A stretch of DNA of 64,000 nt from an uncultured Alphaproteobacteria bacterium (lineage in GTDB: Bacteria; Pseudomonadota; Alphaproteobacteria; Rhizobiales; Methyloligellaceae). The stretch spans positions 648,471-712,470 of the forward strand of contig CAWBYO010000005.1 in assembly GCA_963793075.1 (NCBI GenBank). Reading direction: 5' to 3'. Of this stretch, positions 57,033 to 64,000 are shown in pieces. The notes under the pieces were generated by a model. It was not told the origin of the DNA and ran no database searches. It saw only the letters and a list, made by a program, of their open reading frames with translations. Position 1 is the stretch's first letter. Every line of letters begins with the position of its first letter. The position numbers and the translations under genes were made by a program.

Positions 57033-59886
57033 TTGGCTGACGAAGACAACACCGAGGTCGAGGGGCCGAGCTCCCTCTGACATTAGACCCGTCTCGCTCA
57101 TCGACGAGATGAAGCGGTCCTATCTCGATTACGCCATGAGCGTGATCGTGTCCCGTGCGCTGCCCGACGTGCGCGACGGGCTCAAACCCGTTCATCGCCG
57201 CATTCTGTTTTCGATGCGCGAGAACAATTACACGCCGGACCGCCCGTACAACAAATCGGCGCGCGTCACCGGCGACACCATGGGTAAGTACCATCCCCAC
57301 GGCAATCAGGCGATTTACGACGCGCTGGTGCGCTTGGCGCAGGACTTCTCCATGCGCCTGCCGCTCATCGACGGGCAGGGCAATTTCGGCTCCGTCGACG
57401 GCGATCCGCCGGCGGCCGAACGCTACACCGAGGTGCGTCTGGCGAAGCCGGCCATGGCGCTGCTCGACGATCTCGAGAACGACACGGTCGACTTTCAGCC
57501 GAACTATGACGGCCGCGAGAAAGAGCCGGTCGTGCTGCCGGCCAAGTTTCCCAATCTTCTGGTCAACGGCGCGGGCGGCATCGCCGTCGGCATGGCGACC
57601 AACATCCCGCCCCACAATCTCGGCGAGGTGGTCGACGCCTGCATCGCCTATCTCGACAATCCGGCCATCGACATCGCCGAGCTGATCGAGCATCGTTCCC
57701 GGTCCCGACTTCCCGACCGGCGGTCTGATCCTCGGGCGCACGGGCATCCGCTCCGCCTATCACAAGGGCCGCGGCTCGGTGCTCATGCGCGGCAAGGTCC
57801 ACAACGAGACCGTGCGCAAGGAGCGCGAGGCGCTCGTCATCACCGAGATTCCGTATCAGGTGAACAAGGCGTCGATGGTCGAGAAGATCGCCGAGCTCGT
57901 GCGCGAGAAGCGCATCGAGGGCATCTCCGACATTCGCGACGAGTTCGGACCGCGAGGGCATGCGCGTGGTGATCGAGCTCAAGCGCGACGCCATGGCCGA
58001 CGTGGTGCTGAACCAGCTTTACCGCTTCTCGCCGCTGCAGAGCACGTTCGGCTGCAACATGGTGGCGCTGAACGGCGGCCGGCCGGAGCTCATGAACCTC
58101 AAGGACATGATCCGCGCCTTCACCGATTTCCGCGAGGAGGTGGTCGGCCGCAGGCTCAAATATCCTCCTGCGCAAGGCCCGCGACCGCGCCCATGTCCTG
58201 GTTGGCCTCGCCATCGCCGTCGCCAATATCGACGAGGTCATCGCGCTGATCCGCAAAGCGCCGGACCCGGCGACGGCGCGCGAGCAATTGATGGCCCGCG
58301 ACTGGCCGGCGCGGGACGTGGTGGCCTTGGTCGAGTTGATCGCCGACCCGCGCCACAAGGTCTCCGAGCAAGGCACCTATCGTCTCTCCGAGGAACAGGC
58401 CCGCGCCATTCTCGAGCTGCGCCTGCAACGCCTGACCGCGCTCGGCCGCGACGAGATCGGCGACGAGCTGAAGACGCTTGGGCGACCAGATCGCCGAATA
58501 TCTCGAGATCCTGCGCTCGCGCGCCCGCATCGTCGGCATCGTCACGGACGAGCTCACCGCGCTGAAGGCCGAGTTCGGCACGCCGCGGCGCACCGAGATC
58601 CTGGAGATGATCGGCGAGGTCGAGGACGAGGACCTCATCCAGCGCGAGGACATGGTCGTCACCGTGTCCCACAAGGGCTACATCAAGCGCGTGCCGCTGT
58701 CGGCCTATCGGGCGCAGCGCCGCGGCGGCAAGGGCCGCGCCGGCATGGCCACGCGCGACGAGGATTTCGTCACCCGCATCTTCATCGCCAATACCCACAC
58801 GCCGGTGCTGTTCTTCTCCTCGCGCGGCATGGCCTACAAGATGAAGGTGTGGCGTTTGCCGCTTGCCGCGCCGCAGGCGCGCGGCAAGGCCATGGTCAAT
58901 CTCCTGCCGCTCGGCAAGGACGAGATCATCACCTCCATCCTGCCGCTGCCCGAGGACGAGACGTCCTGGGGCAAGCTCGACGTGATGTTCGCCACCAATT
59001 ACGGCAGCGTCCGCCGCAACAAGCTGTCCGACTTCATCGAGGTGCGCCAGAACGGCAAGATCGCCATGAAGCTCGCCGAGGGCGACCGCATCATCGGCGT
59101 GCAGGTGTGCAACGAGCAGCAGGACGTGCTGCTCACCTCGCGCGACGGCCAGGCGATCCGCTTCCCGGTCGACGATGTCCGCGTGTTCAAGGGCCGCGAG
59201 TCGTCCGGCGTGCGCGGCATCAAGCTCGGCAAGGGCGACGAGGTGATCTCCATGGCCATCCTCACCCATGTCGAGGCGGAAGCCTCCGAGCGCGCGGCTT
59301 ATGTGCGCCAGGCCAATATCGTCCGCCGGGGCGGCACCGACATCGAGCCGGACATCGAGCCGGAGACCGAGGCGAAGGCGAGGCATCCGTCGTCCTCACG
59401 CCTGAACGCTATGCCGAGCTCGGGGCGCATGAGGAGTTCGTGCTGACCGTGTCGGAGAACGGCTACGGCAAGCGTTCGTCCGCTTACGAGTTCCGGGTGT
59501 CAGGACGCGGCGGCAAAGGCATCATCGGCATGGTGGTCAATCAGCGAAACGGCAAGCTGATCGCGTCCTTCCCCGCCGACGACAGCGACCAGATCATGCT
59601 GGTCACCGACCGCGGCCAGCTCATCCGGATTCCGGTCGAGGGCATCAGCATTGTCGGCCGCTCCACCCAAGGCGTCATCGTGTTCGACACGGCCGAGGAC
59701 GAGCGCGTGGTCTCGGTCGAGCATATTCCCGACGAGAGCGGCAGCGGCGCCGAAGTGGAAGTCGACGAAGCGACCTGGATGGCGGTCCGGAAGCCGGCCC
59801 CGACGACAGCGATGATGACGATAGCGATGGCGGCGCACCCGCGACCGAAGAGATCGGCGGCGGGGACGAGCCAACAGGCGGCTTAG
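57033..59886 (+). CDS. gyrA: DNA gyrase subunit A; frameshifted
   Basis: [43 protein letters not shown], GyrA box QRRGGKG; start approximate. Confidence 0.97.
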
Positions 59887-60642
59887 GAACTGCGTCCGGG
59901 GCGCGTGTCGCCGTAAAGCGCCATGAGCGACTGTGCCGCCGGCGTGCGCGCGGCAAGCGCCGCGAGATCGCGAATGAGAGCCCGGCGCCGGTCGGGATGG
60001 CTGAGGAGGCCGCTCGCCCGCATGCGCGACATGGTCCGCGACAGGGTGTCGGCATTGAGCCCGAGATAATCGGCCATATCGGTGCGGCTGAGCGGCATCT
60101 CGAACTCGATCCCGCCGCACGGCGCGGCGACGCCGATCCGCAAGGCCAACTCCAGCAAGAAGGTGGCGACCCGCTGCTGACAGTCGAAGCGGCCCACCGC
60201 CGCCATATGGATGGCCTGGCGCGCCGTCTGCTTGGCCACCGCATCGTCGAAAAACCGCGCGATCTCCGGATCGCTCGGCCGCCAGACCGGTGAAATGGCT
60301 CCAGCGCAGGCGCAGCACCTCGCCGGCGCTCACCGCCGAAAGATGGGCGGCGGCGTGAGGCGGCGCGAAGTCCGGAGCGCAGGACATCGCCCGGATAGAG
60401 AAGGGCGACCACCTGGCGCAGATCGTCCGGCAGGGTGACATCGACCATGAGAACGCCCGAGCGCACGATGAACAGCGCCTCGTTGCCCTCGAGGGTGAGC
60501 GAGATGGTCTGGCCGCGCCGCGTCCGCACGATTGCGGCATGGGCGGCAGCGCCGCCGGGATCAGCTCGCGTACCGGTGCGTTCCCGTCTGGGGCGGCGCC
60601 TGTCAGGTTGATCGGCTCCCGTCTCTTCAAGCTGGATGTCAT
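59883..60642 (-). CDS. Crp/Fnr (FixK-like) transcriptional regulator; frameshifted
   Basis: LFIVRSG..RQVVALLYPGD; RVATFLLEL, LSRTDMADYLGL..DTLSR HTH. Confidence 0.85.
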
Positions 60643-60737
60643 GACCAAGGGTTTTCCCCCTGCGGCGCAGTGCAAAGGTGGCAACGCGGACATTGCCATT
60701 GGAAGACAAGCTGTCGGTCGGCAGACCCGCGCGCGCA

Positions 60738-60751
60738 TTGATTTCGATCAA
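60738..60751. promoter_or_regulatory. FNR/FixK box
   Basis: TTGAT-TTCG-ATCAA, perfect consensus. Confidence 0.85.
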
Positions 60752-60805
60752 CCCGGCGTCTCGGCGCGACACCGTGTCCGCGGCACCACGCTAGTCCGCA
60801 ACGAT

Positions 60806-60819
60806 TTGACCTAGATCAA
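60806..60819. promoter_or_regulatory. Second FNR/FixK box
   Basis: TTGAC-CTAG-ATCAA, one mismatch to consensus. Confidence 0.75.
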
Positions 60820-61005
60820 AAAAAACCGTTGCAGCATCGCAACAGTCATCGCGCGATCTGCTGCGGCCTGATCTCGGTCAGCGCCGCCGGGCGATCGGCG
60901 CTGGAGCCACGCGGTGCATCCGCTCCAACACTGGTCACGACAGAATTTGCGCACGAGGCCAGATGGGAACGTCATGGCCCGGCACGGCGACGGGGGACAT
61001 CAGAC

Positions 61006-61725
61006 ATGAAGACATTTGCGATAGGAACAGTGGCGGCGCTTGCCATGACGGCAGGCATCGCGGGGGCATCCTTGCCGGCGGCGGCCGGCGACGAGCACGG
61101 GAACTTCATGGTTCGCGCGCTGGTGACGGGGGTCAATCCCGACACCGACGCCTCGGTATTCGCCGGCGGCGCGCGCATTCCCGGCGCCAACGCCGACGTT
61201 AGCGACGAGATCATCCCGGCCCTGACCCTCAGCTACTTCTTCACCGACAATCTGGCGGTCGAGCTGTTCTGCTGCTTCGCCAGGCACGACTCGACGGCAA
61301 AGGCTCGATCGCCGGCCTTGGCGAGACTCGCCGAGACCTGGATCTTCCCGCCGGCCCTGACCGCGCAGTATCATTTCACTGGCATGGGCGCCTTCAAGCC
61401 TTATGTGGGCGCGGGCGTGCAGTACATTGCCTTCTTTGACGAAACCACGGGCCAGAACAGGCTCGGTGCCTCGAGCGTCAGCATCGACGATGCCTTCGGC
61501 TTCACCCTCCAGGCCGGCCTCGACTACTCCCTCGGCGATGGCTGGTATCTCAACGCCGATGTGAAGAAGACTTGGCTCGACACGGAGATCTCGTGGAATG
61601 GCACCGGCGTGCGCGCCGATGCCGACCTCGATCCGTGGATTTTCTCGGCCGGTGTGGGCTACCGCTTCAATCTGAGCGACGTGTTCGGCCATCGCGCACA
61701 AACCGCCTCAATACCGATGAAGTAA
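61006..61725 (+). CDS. ompW: OmpW family outer membrane protein
   Basis: Signal peptide; SYFFTDNLAVEL, PP.LTAQYHF, FKPYVGAG, NADVKK, LDPWIFSAGVGYRF. Confidence 0.92.
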   Translation: MKTFAIGTVAALAMTAGIAGASLPAAAGDEHGNFMVRALVTGVNPDTDASVFAGGARIPGANADVSDEIIPALTLSYFFTDNLAVELFCCFARHDSTAKARSPALARLAETWIFPPALTAQYHFTGMGAFKPYVGAGVQYIAFFDETTGQNRLGASSVSIDDAFGFTLQAGLDYSLGDGWYLNADVKKTWLDTEISWNGTGVRADADLDPWIFSAGVGYRFNLSDVFGHRAQTASIPMK

Positions 61726-61744
61726 TAAAATGAGTTGGGGTGGG

Positions 61745-61772
61745 AAGGGCTCGGCAGCGCCGGGCCCTTTTT
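61745..61772 (+). terminator. Intrinsic terminator after ompW
   Basis: AAGGGCTCGGC-agc-GCCGGGCCCTTTTT. Confidence 0.8.
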
Positions 61773-61914
61773 CTATCCGTTGCATTTACCGTCTGCCCTA
61801 TGCGCTATCGCCCTTGCCCATCAAGCCGCCGCGCGGCTAGAAGGGGCTCTAAGGCGCCTCCGGCCTGCGATCCATCCTGGATGACGCGGGCCCCGGCGCA
61901 TGGAGTGCGGCGGC

Positions 61915-62409
61915 ATGCGCGTTGGTCTCTATCCCGGCAGCTTCGATCCGGTCACCCTCGGGCACGTGGATATCGTGCGCCGGGCGGCCCATCTCGTCGA
62001 CCGGCTGGTGATCGCCGTCGGCACCCATCACGACAAGCATCCGCTGTTCTCCGCCGAGGAGCGCGTGAGGCTCGCGACCGACGTCCTGACCCCCGTGGCG
62101 GAGAGCTTCGGCCTAGGCCTCGACGTGACCACCTATGACAGCCTGACGGTGGAAGCGGCCAAGAAAGCCTACGCGACCGTCATCATTCGCGGGCTTCGCG
62201 ATGCCGGCGACTTCGACTACGAGATGCAGATGGCCGGCATGAACGGGGCTCTTGCGCCGGAGATCGAGACGGTGTTTCTGGCCTCGTCGCCCGGCACCCG
62301 CCATATCGCGGCGAGCCTTGTCCGCCAGATCGCCGCAATGGGCGGCGATGTTTCGACCTTCGTGCCGCCCATCGTCGCGGCGGCCCTCAAGCAGAAATTC
62401 ACCGCATAA
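61915..62409 (+). CDS. coaD: Phosphopantetheine adenylyltransferase
   Basis: [38 protein letters not shown]. Confidence 0.96.
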   Translation: MRVGLYPGSFDPVTLGHVDIVRRAAHLVDRLVIAVGTHHDKHPLFSAEERVRLATDVLTPVAESFGLGLDVTTYDSLTVEAAKKAYATVIIRGLRDAGDFDYEMQMAGMNGALAPEIETVFLASSPGTRHIAASLVRQIAAMGGDVSTFVPPIVAAALKQKFTA

Positions 62410-62435
62410 CCGTGCAAAACTCGCGAGGAATCCCC

Positions 62436-63086
62436 ATGACAATCAGGGCTATCGTCCTATTAGTGCCGCCTTGCTGTTCGGCGCCTTGAGCGCGCAAGGT
62501 GCCGGCCAACGCGGCCAATCTCGGCGCACCGTCGACGCTGAACGAGAAGGCGCCCGCCGTGTACAAGGCGAAGTTCGACACCTCCAAGGGCACCTTCGTC
62601 ATCGAGGTGCATCGCGACTGGTCGCCGAACGGCGCCGACCGCTTCTACAATCTGGTGAAGAACGGCTTTTACAACGACGTGCGCTTCTTCCGCGTCATCG
62701 CCGGCTTCATGGTGCAGTTCGGCATCAGCGGCAATCCGGACCTCTCCGCCGTATGGCGCGAGGCGCGCATCCCCGACGATGCGGTGAAGGAGAGCAATCA
62801 GCGCGGCTATGTGAGCTTCGCTACTGCCGGACCCGGGCACCCGCACCACGCAAGTGTTCATCAATTTCGGCGACAACGGCGGCCTTGACGGCCAGGGCTT
62901 CTCGCCCTTCGGCCAGGTGGTGTCGGGCATGGACGTGGTCGATGCGCTCTATAACGGCTATGGCGAGGGCGCGCCGCGCGGCCTCGGGACCCGACCAGGG
63001 GCGCATGCAGGCGGAAGGCAACGCCTATCTCGTGCAGCGACTTCCCCAAGCTCGACTACGTCAAGAAGGCCACCATCGAGCAATAA
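62436..63086 (+). CDS. Exported cyclophilin-type peptidyl-prolyl isomerase; frameshifted
   Basis: [45 protein letters not shown]. Confidence 0.9.
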
Positions 63087-63117
63087 TCACCCGATAACGC
63101 GAAAAGGAGGCCTACTC

Positions 63118-63585
63118 ATGGCAACCCCCGAAGACACCCTCATCCTGGAGACGAGCAAGGGCAACGTCGTGGTCGAGTTGCGGCCCGATCTGGCGCCCAA
63201 TCACGTGGCCCGCATCAAGGAGCTGGCGCGCCAGGGCTTCTATGACGGCGTGCCGTTTCATCGCGTGATCGAGGGCTTCATGGCCCAGACCGGCGATCCG
63301 ACCGGCACCGGCACGGGCGGTTCGGGCCAGAAGCTCGCCGCCGAGTTCAACGCCGAGCCGCATACCCGCGGCGCGGTCTCCATGGCCCGGGCGCAATCGC
63401 CCGATTCCGCCGACAGCCAGTTCTTCATCGTGTTCGACGATGCGAGCTTTCTCAACGGCAAATACACGGTGTGGGGCCGCGTGATCGAAGGCATGGAGAA
63501 TGTCGACCAGATCAATCGCGGCGAGCCGCCGGCGAGCCCCGACAAGATCGTGTCGGCGAAGATCGCCGCCGACGCGGCCGGTTAG
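63118..63585 (+). CDS. Cyclophilin-type peptidyl-prolyl isomerase
   Basis: AGGAGG RBS; [43 protein letters not shown]. Confidence 0.94.
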   Translation: MATPEDTLILETSKGNVVVELRPDLAPNHVARIKELARQGFYDGVPFHRVIEGFMAQTGDPTGTGTGGSGQKLAAEFNAEPHTRGAVSMARAQSPDSADSQFFIVFDDASFLNGKYTVWGRVIEGMENVDQINRGEPPASPDKIVSAKIAADAAG

Positions 63586-63612
63586 GGCGTTCAGCCCGAA
63601 AGAGGGACTGCC

Positions 63613-64000
63613 ATGACCTTGCAAGCTGCTTTGTTGACGCTCGTTGCGCTGGTCGGCGGCGCAATGATCGCGCTCCAGGCGCCCATCAATGCCGAGGCGG
63701 CGACCCGTCTCGGCAACCCCATCGCCGCCGCGACAATGTCGTTCTGCGTCGGCACGATCGCGCTGATCGCGGTGACCTGCTCTTCGCCGGCCAGCCACCA
63801 ATCTCGGCGCCGTGAAAGAGCATGCCGCTCTATATGCTGCATTGGCGGCGGCCTGCTCGGTGCGATGTATGTGACCATCACCCTGGTTCTGGCGCCCAAG
63901 ATCGGCATTGCGGCCGTGATGGCGCTCGGCATCGCCGGCCAGTTGGTCGCGGCGCTCCTGCTCGACCGCTTCGGCATGTTCGATCTGATGGAGCGCGGCC
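63613..64000 (+). CDS. DMT-family transporter (YdcZ/DUF606-like); frameshifted, truncated by window end
   Basis: GAMIALQAPINA, GGLLGAMYV, APKIG, GQLVAALLLDRFG. Confidence 0.88.
   Translation, partial: MTLQAALLTLVALVGGAMIALQAPINAEAATRLGNPIAAATMSFCVGTIALIAVTCSSPASHQSRRRERACRSICCIGGGLLGAMYVTITLVLAPKIGIAAVMALGIAGQLVAALLLDRFGMFDLMERG

Noticed and set aside
62854-63585. Apparent fused double cyclophilin
   Set aside because: The second gene has its own AGGAGG RBS and ATG at 63118, and the first ends at TAA 63086 after frame repair.

Overview
High-GC alphaproteobacterial chromosomal segment (gene content and order suggest Hyphomicrobiales; this is inferred, not searched). Many genes, including essential ones (argS, serS, secD, gyrA), are broken by single-base indels, most likely sequencing or assembly error, so coordinates below are reconstructed across frameshifts and are approximate. 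Positions 1-23.9 kb hold a conserved core block: erpA, dgt, argS, SPOR protein, nagZ, scpA/scpB, ABC ATPase, tatABC, serS, surE, pcm, LysM/M23 peptidase, DUF815 ATPase, yajC-secD-secF, squalene synthase-like gene and trmFO. Positions 24-47 kb are accessory. Positions 47-64 kb hold uvrA, a five-gene insert (LysR, TDT transporter, Pif1 helicase, DUF2585, MAPEG), ssb, a PRC-barrel gene, gyrA, Crp/Fnr-ompW, coaD, two cyclophilins and a DMT gene. Three signals stand out. (1) A ~330-nt non-coding element occurs twice (12534-12860 + and 39317-39644 -) with compensatory base changes, a conserved promoter-like 5' end and matching bracketing by CGTC/GTGACG-type palindromic repeats; one copy sits back-to-back with a REP-flanked GIY-YIG nuclease. 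(2) An AT-richer, decaying two-gene island downstream of uvrA encodes an alpha/beta-hydrolase-YaaA-like fusion and a tRNA-guanine transglycosylase-fold protein. (3) The 38-47 kb hotspot carries displaced duplicates of the 3' ends of three genes, including uvrA. No rRNA, tRNA, CRISPR array, integrase or transposase was recognised.
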